From Piedraia hortae CBS 480.64 (Eukaryota): a stretch of DNA of 64,000 nucleotides. Within the stretch, counting starts at the first letter, position 1; the number at the start of each line of letters is the position of its first letter. The translations under genes and the position numbers were made by a program. The notes under the pieces are model-generated. The model was not told where the DNA came from. It did no database searches and saw nothing but the letters and a program-made list of their open reading frames with translations. The DNA lies in assembly GCA_010093745.1 (NCBI GenBank), contig MU005961.1, positions 372,001 through 436,000 of the forward strand, read 5' to 3'. Below are positions 34,379-44,749 of this stretch, piece by piece.

Positions 34379-35570
34379 TTACCACATTCTACTCCTTACA
34401 CGCGCCGGAGGCGCTGCGCCTTCGGCGAAGAGCTCTTGCACGCCGCGTGGCGTGTTTGGCAGGGCATAGTGACTTCCGCGAGTACCACGAGAGATTCGAC
34501 CACCACAACCAGGCTCATGGAATTTGACACCTTGTGCATTTTTACCGCTTAACAAGGGGCATAGCGGCCAGGGATGTGCTGTGCAATGGGGTGCCCCGGG
34601 GCCAGAACTGGATACAGCGGCCGGGCAAAACGTTTGTCAAGTTTATAACATGGCTAAGCTTCTACGATGCGGAAGGACTCCAAGGCTCTACTGGCCGAAA
34701 TGAAATTGGGGGATCAGCAATGGCCACAGCGTTCGCGCAGCTTCCAACAATCCTGACTTCTACTCCAGTAACAAAGGTGTTAAGAATATCCTCAATGAGC
34801 AGTTTGAGGGGATCGCGAAGCAGGTGGTCAAGGGATCTCTTCCAGGCTCGAAGGCCTCACCATGGCTTGCTAAGGCTTCAAGGTCGCGGTGACCCGTAGT
34901 TCTACGCGTACCCATCCGGAAAGGCTTTCCGTTCCTTTATCCGATTTTCACGAAACCTACAATATTTGAATGGCCCATAGAACAGGTTCCGGTCGTCCGT
35001 GCAGTCTGTATACCACCGGCAGTGGCTGTATGGCCCTTTAGACGTATCTCAGTCCCGTTCACACTAGAGTGCGTCCTCGGTGATTTGGTCTCAACAGAGA
35101 TCCCGCATCCGATCGACTTTCTCTCCATGGAAGCCCCGTAAGAGGAAGCGGAGCGTACGACGGGTTTGAAGAAGAGTAAAGCAGCATGGATGGCGCTCTT
35201 CGCCAAGCTTTCCAAAGACAAAAGTGGCAAACGTGGCAATGGAAACCATGACTCGTGTAAAGACGAAGGGGGGCCAAGGTTCCAATGATAATCAGGGCTC
35301 ATTGGGACAAAAGTTAAAGTATGCATTGGCAGACCCAGTTAGAATATCAATCCCTCTGGAAGACGGTGGTCGAGCCCGAGGTTTCCCATGATTCTCACCT
35401 CTGAAGAGAAAATTTTCCCTGGGACGGACCACGCTGGTATCCCTGACGGCCCACGTCCAACCGACTCCCTGGCAATAGTCGCCCCGTGGGATGAGGTCAG
35501 GCGTATCGCGGGCACGAAGAAGATTGAAGCAGTACGTATGGCACCTTTCTCCGAATTAATTTGAAGGAAA

Positions 35571-36000
35571 ATGGAGTCGAGCCAGAGCCCTTCACGTTAA
35601 AGGGCGCTGCGTTGACTATTCCAAGACCCGCTTTCCTCCACGTGATGATGCCTGCTACCGCGTCGGGTACCAAATCCAAACCTAACGATGTCTGTCCGCC
35701 GTGCCCGCTTGCACCGCCGGCGATCCGTCCTTTCCGAACACGTGCGTCTTTACCTTCGAAGAGACCGTCCATTGTCGAACCTCTTGACGTGGAAGTTGTA
35801 TAAGTCTCAGGATGTTCTCCTCCAAGCATACGAACAATGTTGTCCATTACCAGGTTCGCCCAAACACATGCGTTTTCACCCTCGACGAGACCACCTGTTG
35901 TCGAACCTCTTGACGTGCAAGCTGCAAAGTCGCCTAATGTGCACGAAATCGATACCCATCGTGCCTTTAGAAGAGCTCGCCGGTACAATAGCTCTCTGAT
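35571..36000 (+). pseudogene. Decayed copy of the RPB11-like gene with an internal 126-bp tandem duplication of the core
   Basis: Fragments DYSKTRFPPRDDACYRV, GTKSKPND, PNTCVFTFE, LSNLLTWKLYKSQDVLLQAY and a second PNTCVFTLD/LSNLLTCKLQ/KSPNV align to 32668-33000 across frameshifts. Confidence 0.8.
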
Positions 36001-36248
36001 TTGGGTGTCAGGGCTAATGCCGACAGGGTCCGTGCTCTCTGTAGTAGAGGTAGCGCCCCTGGAGTCATCTCCTCGCGCGACAACATAGTTCCAACGCGTA
36101 CCCTGACGTTGGGCTCCCTCTTGACCAAGACCATTCAAAGGTGACGAACTGATAGTGTGAGTAACTGAGACGTAAATATATCCATAGTTAAAGGGGAAAT
36201 GAGGGACGTTGTTCATAGTCATCACGTGACACATCCTTCAAATAGACC

Positions 36249-36746
36249 TGTTGCGGCGAGGCCGTGAGAGTGCGCAGGGCGACCTGCGCCGCCTAAGTGC
36301 ACAGAGATTTTGATACACTGAAGCACCCTGCTAGTTATTCATAGCTACGCTCGCTACCACGCACGTATGGACGGCGCTTCTGGATTGGTTTATAGTATCT
36401 TAGCTTCCCAGTAGATAGCAGTTCGGATTGTCCTCGTTATTGGGACTTATTGAACCATTTCCTCTGAGCACCGTAACAGGACCTCGATTTTGTTGGAGGA
36501 AGTTTTTCCTAGGATGAGTCCGCCTTTAAAGACGTTAAGTCTGGGCGAAAAGGTGTGTGTAACTTTGTATTTCTCTACGTGCTGAGAGCTAACGCAACAT
36601 CCTCCACAGACCCACAGTTGGCCAGACCGCATTTGCCCAGACCACGTGATGATGTGACCTCGTTACAGGGAAAAACTCCTCTATGAGGCAGAAAACCCTA
36701 CGAAGCCCTTGGCGTTATATCTACCACCAATCTACCTCATCTGACA
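36249..36746 (-). mobile_element. Solo-LTR-like repeat, family C (~500 bp)
   Basis: TG...CA ends; 36249-36436 is repeated directly at 50602-50787; carries the shared palindromic motif at 36667-36699. Confidence 0.6.
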
Positions 36747-37670
36747 CAGAGCTCACCGTGCTACCTTTCCAGCTCGTTTTCTTGATAGCAGTTGGCGAGG
36801 GCAAGCACCTGGGAGGCTGAAAGAGCTCAAAACTGCATGATGGGTAGTTTTCTCCAGCTGTCGCCACTCCGAGCTCCCCTAAGTTTTCCGTCTCCTCGGG
36901 CAGCCATCCCACGCTGCTGGCAGAAGAAACCGACATGATATCCATTGACAATATGCCAGTCGCGGATTCATTTACCCCGACTATAACCCCCTTGGTGCTA
37001 CACCCGAATGCATCGATACAACCCACCGTCATATCTGTCGGCGTTCCTGATGTCAATAACACCCTCAGGAACAGGCCAAGACACAACCGTGGTGCCGTCT
37101 CATGTGGACTTACACTTTGTGGCCCCAAAAAACGCTTTGATCGTCAAGCAACAGGCATTCATCGTGCAAAACCTTCACGAGCTTCCTAACACTGTCGAAA
37201 AAACCACCGACCCGGTAAATAACGAAAACAACCATGCCATGAAGGTAAGCAACACCTCTAACCCATAAACGCCACACCTGACATTTTCCAGACCGCTCAA
37301 AAGGGTCTTCGCTGTATGCTGCATTTTCAGATACAACAGCAGCGTCTAGGGCAGCACGCACTCCCTCGTCGAAAGTGTTATTCTAAACGAACATAGCACT
37401 GTTTGACTAACATACATTTACCAGGAGGAAGCCCTTCTCCAGGGCATATTGACCCAAGACCAGTTGGGGCTGGTGCATTCCCGCATCTTGACGTGGCGGC
37501 GCGCTGCATTGACTTACATCAAACGTCGGCTACCTGAGGTTTAGGCCGGGAAATCCCTAAAAGAATTTGTGAAGAAACTGGGAGCAGACATGTCGGTCCC
37601 TGCGCGAGGGAGACGGCAGAGGCGAATGTCGTCTGGGTGAGCATACATAGAGATAATGGAATTTGAAACA

Positions 37671-38034
37671 GATGGTATGTGCGAATGAGAACGATGGATG
37701 GAGAGTAGAGATGTGTGTTCAAGTGAAATACAAGTGTATCTACGAGGTGACACCAGAGAATATATTCTGGGCTGGAAGGCTCGTGCGTAGCCTCGTATAA
37801 AGAGTCATCAATCGTATGAGCGTAAGCAAGTGGTCACACATGCAGTAAGACCGTCAGCATGCAGTTTTACTCCATGACTCATCTCAAACAGTAGCAAGGC
37901 GCATTCACCATGTCGCATGCGACATGACCCTGAGGGAAACCTCTGTGAGGACAAAACCTAGGGTGCAGCTGCTGGTGTAAGAAGTGTCGCGCAGTGGCAT
38001 CGTATACTCATAGCAACGAGGCTTCATGCCAACA
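37671..38034 (-). mobile_element. Solo-LTR-like repeat, family B, truncating the kinase pseudogene
   Basis: Starts TGTTGGCATG on the minus strand; reverse complement of 61078-61422; related to 57994-58230. Confidence 0.7.
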
Positions 38035-38356
38035 AACTGCAGGAATTTTTCTTCGGGAAGGTCGTTGATGCCAGGGAGGATCCATATAACGTTGCCGAAG
38101 TTGAGGCCGCCGTGTGCGATTCCGTGTTGGTGTAAGCGGTCAATGGCTTGGAGGAGTTGGTATTGAAGGCGCCTGGCGGCACTGGCGTTAAGTCTAGTAT
38201 GTTCTAAAGTTTTCACGACGGGAACACCACAGACGTCGGTGACGATGCAGTGGTGTGTCCCATTGGGACCTACGTGCTCGAACTCATAGAAGAGGGTGGG
38301 TGTGTAGGCCGTGCCCGGGTGGGCGGTCTTGCCTGTTGTTAAATTTTTCAAGATTT

Positions 38357-38809
38357 TAGTATAAAGATGACTCTCAGATCAACTCGGCGGAAACAAGACT
38401 GAGATATCTTCCCACAATGATGTCTAGCTCCAATGACTATTGTCCAAGGGGTAAACCTCCGAGGACTAAAGCAAAACGTAAATCAACGACAAATTTATGC
38501 ACTTAACTTTGGCCATAAGGTCATTGTAGATGTCTATCTCTATGTGAAGTGAGGTTCGAAACCTTCTCCACACTATCTCAGTCTAACCACATTCGCCGGT
38601 ACAACGTCAGCGAATCATGCCCTTAAGCATGAACGAGACATTGACCCGTCTCAGGGAAAACTTCCTCTATAGAGGTAAAAACCCTGAGAAGTTTCGACTT
38701 CTAAGGTTCTGGTCATGATGGGTGCCATATAATTCTGACAACTATTTACCGCCAACGTGACGCATCAGCGGCATGGGCCGCTCCGCCTACCGATTCCAAC
38801 CTTATAACA
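38357..38809 (-). mobile_element. Solo-LTR-like insertion (453 bp) with a 5-bp target-site duplication, containing a nested family A copy
   Basis: GATTT at 38352-38356 and 38810-38814; removing it restores the kinase frame ETKI/LKNL; minus-strand ends TGTTATA...TATACTA. Confidence 0.8.
38525..38740 (-). mobile_element. Solo-LTR-like repeat, family A, copy 2 (216 bp)
   Basis: Reverse complement of 33888-34107 with TG...CA ends. Confidence 0.75.
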
Positions 38810-39936
38810 GATTTTGGTTTCGAAGGTTTGACGGGAAATTTGCTACGAGGATTTTGATGGGATTTTGATGGATACGTAGCTGTGTGCACTGTAAATTGGT
38901 GAGTTTGATTGTTAGAGGGGATGGAGAGAATTTACTCTTAGTCTTGCGCAGCCCAAACTGTTGAGAAAGACCCTTTGCCTAGTTTTTGTAGGATTCGATA
39001 ACGACCTTCGTGCAAGATGTCGCCGACGTGCACGGGGTGGAGGCCACTTTGGATGTACTGATTGACTTTTTCACCACAGGGCGAGCGGCACTGGTAGGGA
39101 AAAGGGGCTCGTGGGTTCATCATAGAGGTATGATTTTGGGGTGAACAGGTCAGCTTTGTCGTTAGGTGATTTGGAAGAAGTAAGAGCAGTGTAAAGACAG
39201 CGTTGAGGATTGAAAATTTTCAGGAGCAGTCGGTGACACACTGAGGGAAATGAGCCACTGTTTTCGTTTGGACAAAGTCATTCCTGTTGAGGCTACTTTC
39301 AGCCCTCGGAGTGTTGGTCGGGTCATTTTTCCCGCATTGTAATGGCGGTTTCATGATACCTGTCTCTGGAGTATTACACGTGCAACCATGAGCCGTAGGA
39401 AAGCTCCGTATGGCAGTAACCTACGAAAATTTTTACCGTTGAGTTCAGCACCGACCAAAGAGAGCAGAGTTCAAAGGGGAAGCAGCAAATGAATCGATAC
39501 TCGTTTCAGTGCGCGTGAACGCCTTTAATGCACAAATACATGTTGGTGCGAACAGCCGGCTTATTACAGTCTCCTTCCAGCAGTTACTGCAAGGTTGTTA
39601 TGCCCATGACCTCTTTCAGGTAGATCAACAGCTTAAAGGTGCTTGGAAAAGAAAAAGAATTTCCGGACCAGAGGTTATCAGTGGAACGTTCCATCACTAG
39701 GGCACATAGTGTTAAAGATCGAACGCCGATACCTATGCATCCCTTCGGCCACACTCTCCTATCAATGCAAGGAAGGAGAAACACCCAACAGTTACCCACA
39801 CAGTAAGCGAAGCAGGGCATGAACGTCATAAAGCTACACTGATCGCACATTCACCACTTTAGGAACTTGAACCACATCCAAACATCACTCATTAAATCAT
39901 TCAAAAGTCATAAATTCAAGAGTCAGGATAAAAAAA

Positions 39937-42030
39937 CTACCATTCATCCCTCGGATCTCTCTTTGCAACCACAACCTTTCCATCCTTTGGAAGATCCTCC
40001 CTCTCGTTCGACCCATCTTTCAACACTTTCTTCTTCGTCCCACTAGTAACATCAATTCCCAGGATCCCACCCCTTTGGTTCTTATCACCCGGTGCACTAA
40101 ACTCACGAAGACTATAACCTCCGTCGGCCAAAAACTCCTTCACCGCCTTCCCGAGTTTATTTTTCCCGTTCTTGGAGTGATGACCCGTACCATAGATGGC
40201 GTAGAGGAAGGTTTTGTTCCGCTGACGCTGCTCGTCAATGGCTTCTTCGAGGAAGATGACGGCTTCATCGGGGTGGAGGCCGTGGAGGTCGAGGTAAATT
40301 TCGTCGTTGCTGCCGTTTTGGTGCGAGTTGCGGGAGTTGAAGAGGACTTGGGCTGCTTCGCGGTGTTTTTCGCGCATCAGGGCGTCCTCGTGTTGGCCGC
40401 GGAGGGAGAGTTGGCGGGCAGCGCGCATGTCGTTGCGGTTGTAAGCCTGAGAGGCGGACTGGAGGAATTTGTTGCGCACGGTGCCGTGCTTGATGGCCTC
40501 GTTTCGGGCTCTGAGATAGGCTGCGTTTGCGCCGGGGCCGGTCTCAAGCCAGGGGATGGATTTGGGAGCGGGGATTGTAGATGTAGACGAGGAGTTTCCG
40601 GTATAGGTAAAGGAGCGGTTGTTTTGCAGGCCGCGCCGCATGGCGTCTTTGCTGTTGGATGGAGAAGGCGACAGACGCACAATGTCTGCGAGACTGTTGG
40701 CAGCTTGTAGCGATGTACCGCCGTTGTGGCCATTGTGGCCGCCACGTTTGCCGTGGTGGCGCTTGTTGGGCTTCATGGCCGACGATCCAAGCGTGGGAAA
40801 GGCCTCGTCGTCCTGCACATTGGGTTGATGTCCGCTACCCGGACGAGACGCAGACTGGTTCACGTGGATGAAGCTGGATGGCAGCGAACTGGACGTCTGT
40901 TGCTGCATAATTGTCTCCAGTAGATCCAAATCGCCCGCGCCGTCTTCCTCGTAGGGATTGCTGGTCGTTGGCTGCAACGCCGGGAAGCTATCGAGATCGG
41001 CCAACTCCATGCCCGTCATCTGCTGCGTCGGCGGCGTGCCAACGACGTCGTTCAGATTCATTTGCTGCATTAGAGTGACTGGATCATGGCTGAAAGCGCA
41101 CGAATCGCCGGCAAAACAGTTGCCCTGGAGCCAGAACTTGCAAACGTGTTTCTGCGTCTCGTGGGCGTAGCGACAGTCAGCACGCGCACAGCTTCCGTTT
41201 GCCAGCCAGTAGCGGCATACAGCGACCGGCTTCTGTGGCCCGGCCGGAGTGACTGGTCGTGACGCTGGTGACATGCGCTTGCCGATGGTATATGTGCGCG
41301 GCTGCGGACCAGGCAGTGACTGTGGCTGAGATCCAGTATCCTGTGTCATCATCAAGGCAGGAATGGCCTGGCCAAAGTCGTAGCCAACGGCCTCGAGAAC
41401 ATGCTCCAGCTCGTCGTCGGTGCGCTGCGGGTCCTGGATGATGGATCGAAGCATATCGTAGGGCGTCATGGCCACGGGATTGGACGATGCTGCGTCTCCA
41501 TAACTAACGGGGCTGCCATCGTCGTTGACCAGCAGATCAACTGCGTTGCTGTCCAGATCGTTATAGTAATCTGTGGCTGTTACCGGCCCGCTGAACTGGT
41601 AGCTGCTTAGCTGGGGACTGTGTGGAATCGTGGGTGTCGCCACAGGAAGTCTCGGTGAGGCACGGGGCGAGGGCGTGGCGGCGGAAACGGAGCGGCCGGC
41701 GGCCGGACCGAACCCTGGCGGGTGAAAGGGCGGGGCTGGTCGGGGCGAGCTTGTTCCCGATGCCGGGGTTACTGAGCGCTGCAGCCAGGGGGCGGGCGAC
41801 CGCGGTCTCGTTATATTGATGGCACGAATGGGCGGTGGCTTTGACGTCTTCCCTGTCGCGCTGCGCCACTGCCACAAAACTCCCAGAACGGCGTCTTCCA
41901 GTGCCTTTCCCTTGAGATTGGATGGCTCACCGCTTAGCATCTCCTCCAGCTTGTCCGTCTTATCCTCGTCGCAGAGCTTCTCGTCCTGCAGCACCGGCAG
42001 GCACATTTCGTAGATTCGAATGGATGCCAT
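39937..42030 (-). CDS. CCCH zinc-finger + DUF1771 + Smr domain protein (putative RNA endonuclease)
   Basis: Two CCCH fingers (CRYWLANGSCARADCRYAH, CKFWLQGNCFAGDSCAFSH); Smr motifs YLDLHGLH and IYGTGHHS. Confidence 0.9.
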   Translation of the reverse strand: MASIRIYEMCLPVLQDEKLCDEDKTDKLEEMLSGEPSNLKGKALEDAVLGVLWQWRSATGKTSKPPPIRAINITRPRSPAPWLQRSVTPASGTSSPRPAPPFHPPGFGPAAGRSVSAATPSPRASPRLPVATPTIPHSPQLSSYQFSGPVTATDYYNDLDSNAVDLLVNDDGSPVSYGDAASSNPVAMTPYDMLRSIIQDPQRTDDELEHVLEAVGYDFGQAIPALMMTQDTGSQPQSLPGPQPRTYTIGKRMSPASRPVTPAGPQKPVAVCRYWLANGSCARADCRYAHETQKHVCKFWLQGNCFAGDSCAFSHDPVTLMQQMNLNDVVGTPPTQQMTGMELADLDSFPALQPTTSNPYEEDGAGDLDLLETIMQQQTSSSLPSSFIHVNQSASRPGSGHQPNVQDDEAFPTLGSSAMKPNKRHHGKRGGHNGHNGGTSLQAANSLADIVRLSPSPSNSKDAMRRGLQNNRSFTYTGNSSSTSTIPAPKSIPWLETGPGANAAYLRARNEAIKHGTVRNKFLQSASQAYNRNDMRAARQLSLRGQHEDALMREKHREAAQVLFNSRNSHQNGSNDEIYLDLHGLHPDEAVIFLEEAIDEQRQRNKTFLYAIYGTGHHSKNGKNKLGKAVKEFLADGGYSLREFSAPGDKNQRGGILGIDVTSGTKKKVLKDGSNEREDLPKDGKVVVAKRDPRDEW

Positions 42031-42306
42031 GGTGTAGCTGTACGTGCAGAATGTGTTAGCCTAGATGGGCACGGCAGTCTCGGCGTACTTCTTATCAGTC
42101 ACTAATAGACGGCTCTGGCCAAAGCCGGGGCACGAAGGCGTGTTGGCGCGTGAGTTGGGGGGGGGTTGAGGTCGGCTGTTTCCGTCTGGGAAGCTGGGAT
42201 CCACCGGCGCTTGCGAGGATCATGACTCACGATAACGGGCACTAATGCACGTGATTTTAACCTCACCTCTCACGTCGACGTTCAGCTCAGCTTAGCCCAG
42301 CCCAGT

Positions 42307-43176
42307 ATGGCGCAGACAATGCAGAGTCCTTCAGTCAGCTCGGTCACGGCTGAGGAGCCACGTCGTAAGACCCATGCGGGCTCCATCGGCAACTTTGTCC
42401 TCCACCCCGAGAAGGCGTCCAAACAGCAATTCTCCTTTGATACCGTCCTTAACCAGAGATATCCTACGCTGAATAAGCCGACGAAGCTCCACCGCCCGAT
42501 ATGCATCGACTATGGGACCAAAGCTCACTGCCCGCGCGGAATGGAGTGTCCCGACCGCCACGTGCCGCCGCCAGTTCCCATGGGCGACCGTCTACACCTC
42601 CAGTTCCTCATCTGCAAACACTACCAGCGTGGGCTCTGCAAGAAGGGCGACGCATGCGAGTTTGGACACATGTACAATCTACGAGAAGAGCGCGAATGCA
42701 AAGAGTTTGGGCGGCATGGCGTCTGTCCCATGGGCGAAAGCTGCACGTATCTCCACATGGGTCCCACGTCGCCTTTACGTGACCCTGCCTGTCCTCATTA
42801 TACCCGCGGATTCTGTCCTTTGGGTCCACATTGCTCTTTAAGACACGTCAAACACGAGAAACCGTGTCCATTCTACATGGCAGGCTTCTGTCCCAACGGC
42901 CGTGCCATGCCTCCCGGACCCGACAGAGTCGTTGGCTGTGAATATGGCGCACACGCACGCTGGATTAAGGACGAAGACATGCACCCGCCCAAGCCTCGGG
43001 TGTATACACAAAAGGACGCTGATGAAGATTCGCGGGAAGCTGCGGCGAAGGAGGAGGAATACTGGATAGGCGTCGAGCGCACAAGAGCAGAAAAAGACAA
43101 AGAGCTCAATGCAGTGGGAGACGCAGCCCGCAATGCAAGCAAGACGCGAAAAACCTATCGTCCCGCCAGACGATGA
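42307..43176 (+). CDS. YTH1: mRNA 3'-end processing protein Yth1/CPSF30
   Basis: Five CCCH fingers including ICKHYQRGLCKKGDACEFGH and CPHYTRGFCPLGPHCSLRH. Confidence 0.88.
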   Translation: MAQTMQSPSVSSVTAEEPRRKTHAGSIGNFVLHPEKASKQQFSFDTVLNQRYPTLNKPTKLHRPICIDYGTKAHCPRGMECPDRHVPPPVPMGDRLHLQFLICKHYQRGLCKKGDACEFGHMYNLREERECKEFGRHGVCPMGESCTYLHMGPTSPLRDPACPHYTRGFCPLGPHCSLRHVKHEKPCPFYMAGFCPNGRAMPPGPDRVVGCEYGAHARWIKDEDMHPPKPRVYTQKDADEDSREAAAKEEEYWIGVERTRAEKDKELNAVGDAARNASKTRKTYRPARR

Positions 43177-43185
43177 ATTATAATA

Positions 43186-44640
43186 TTACACTGACAGCAA
43201 GACCGAAGCGTTTTTGTACCAACTCAACATTGCATTTTCCCCAGACCTCATTGTCGTCGCGCTGGGATCGATCCATTTACTGAAGAAATCCTCGTGTGTC
43301 ATGGACCTTGTCAATTTGCCCGTCAACGCGCGGTACATGTCCTCCATGACGCCAAAGTCCACAGGAAACAGGATGTCAAAGTAACCCTGCTGCACCAACG
43401 GCGTCCCCACCGCAATCGTCCTCCGCTGATAGCGCGTCTGCACGACAGGCGAGTTGAACCCGGCGATCCTGCCGGGCAAATCGTGAAAATCCGACGTGAC
43501 GAGTCTGTGAGCCGGAAACTTATTCCCTAGTATCTCCATAAACTGCATCAACCTCGTGGGGATGTACTCCGGCACCGTCAGGTTCGGCGCAAACGGCAAG
43601 CGGTGTCTCAGCTTCCGTAACCAGGGTCTACTCCTCAACGGATGGGCATACTCCCTCCCCTCACACGCCGCCTCTCTCACCTCCAGAAACCTCTCAGCCA
43701 CCGGATCCAACGCACGAGTGTAAAATTCATAAAACTCCCCATCAGCATCAATCAACACCTCTCCCTGAAGCGTCTCCCCCGTGAAGGGATCATATCGCAA
43801 AACATCATGCGCAAAATTATCAAACACCTCCATCGCGAGAAAGTAACACGACGTGGGAACCTCCTGCTCCCAATCGAAAATGCTCTTGTTAATAACCTCC
43901 ACTTTGTCGTCATGTCCTCCCTTCCTTACCCCTTCCCTCTGCAGGTTTGCCAGCGCGGAACTGACCTCAATAACCTTAAACTTCGTCCTCGCGTAGACCT
44001 CATGGTCCGTATCGCGGATATAGTCGAGGATATTCATCATGAGCGTCCCGTTCCCCGCGCCCATTTCATAAATCACGAGATCGTGGTACGGGTATAGTCC
44101 CAGTTTATAGTTCGCGATCATGTACCTCGCGATGGCTTCACCATAGAAAGGCTTGAACAGCTCAGTGGGGGTATGCCAGAGCTGGCGATCATGTCGCTTC
44201 TCTCTCGCGTCGAGAGAGTCCTCGAATTGTGTGTATCGCTCGCCCAGTAGACGGCTAAATTGACTTTCGTTTTTGATGCGGGGAAAGGAAAAGGGCTCAC
44301 CAGGAGAGAAGATTGTGACGTGTTTGCTGAAGTAGCCGTAATGGGGGTTGTACAGGCTGTCTTCGATGAAGTCGCGCATGAGCATTTTGACTTTCCGCGG
44401 GCGGGAGCGGTGGGTGCGGAGGGTTGTGGAGGTTACGGTTGGGTAGAGGGAGAACTCTGCGGTTTTGTTGGCTGGGAAAGAGTCGTTTCGAGGCTGCCAG
44501 GTTGATTCCGAGGAGGTTTTGGGGCGTTTGTGCGGTGGGGTTTGGGTGGGAGTTGGGAGGGAGATGTGGCGACATTGTTTGGGGGGAAGGTTGGGTTTTT
44601 TGGAGAGGAGAAGGAGGCGACGGGTGAGAGGACGGTCCAT
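43186..44640 (-). CDS. DUF185 / NDUFAF7-MidA-like SAM-dependent methyltransferase, probably mitochondrial
   Basis: Motifs RDFIEDSLYNPHYGYF, LWHTPTELFKPFYG, IYEMGAGNGT, EVFDNF, QGYFDI; basic N-terminal presequence from the ATG at 44640. Confidence 0.88.
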   Translation of the reverse strand: MDRPLTRRLLLLSKKPNLPPKQCRHISLPTPTQTPPHKRPKTSSESTWQPRNDSFPANKTAEFSLYPTVTSTTLRTHRSRPRKVKMLMRDFIEDSLYNPHYGYFSKHVTIFSPGEPFSFPRIKNESQFSRLLGERYTQFEDSLDAREKRHDRQLWHTPTELFKPFYGEAIARYMIANYKLGLYPYHDLVIYEMGAGNGTLMMNILDYIRDTDHEVYARTKFKVIEVSSALANLQREGVRKGGHDDKVEVINKSIFDWEQEVPTSCYFLAMEVFDNFAHDVLRYDPFTGETLQGEVLIDADGEFYEFYTRALDPVAERFLEVREAACEGREYAHPLRSRPWLRKLRHRLPFAPNLTVPEYIPTRLMQFMEILGNKFPAHRLVTSDFHDLPGRIAGFNSPVVQTRYQRRTIAVGTPLVQQGYFDILFPVDFGVMEDMYRALTGKLTRSMTHEDFFSKWIDPSATTMRSGENAMLSWYKNASVLLSV

Positions 44641-44749
44641 GGGAAAAGTCCATCCAGATGGTGGTTTGGTTGGTATAACTTTCTTAGGGTTCGGATTGTG
44701 GCCACCTATCCCGGACACACTTCGGGTATTAATATTTCATGCAACTACC

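Larger units (their letters stand above)
38035..39123 (-). pseudogene. SRPK-like Ser/Thr kinase pseudogene split by nested insertions
   Basis: GLHPVHVGDILHEGRYRILQKLGKGSFSTVWAAQD*, YVSIKI, GPNGTHHCIV, LHQHGIAHGGLNFGN (catalytic HGD changed to HGG); stop codon, frameshifts and insertions. Confidence 0.85.

Noticed and set aside
33888..38740. Single Pack-MULE-like element bounded by 220-bp terminal inverted repeats
   Set aside because: No flanking target-site duplication; each repeat has TG...CA ends; the right copy is nested in another insertion inside a kinase gene that continues on both sides.
44465..44718. Apparent head-to-head coding overlap between the methyltransferase and cysteine synthase ORFs
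   Set aside because: Produced by non-ATG starts in the ORF track; the plausible ATGs at 44640 and 44750 do not overlap.
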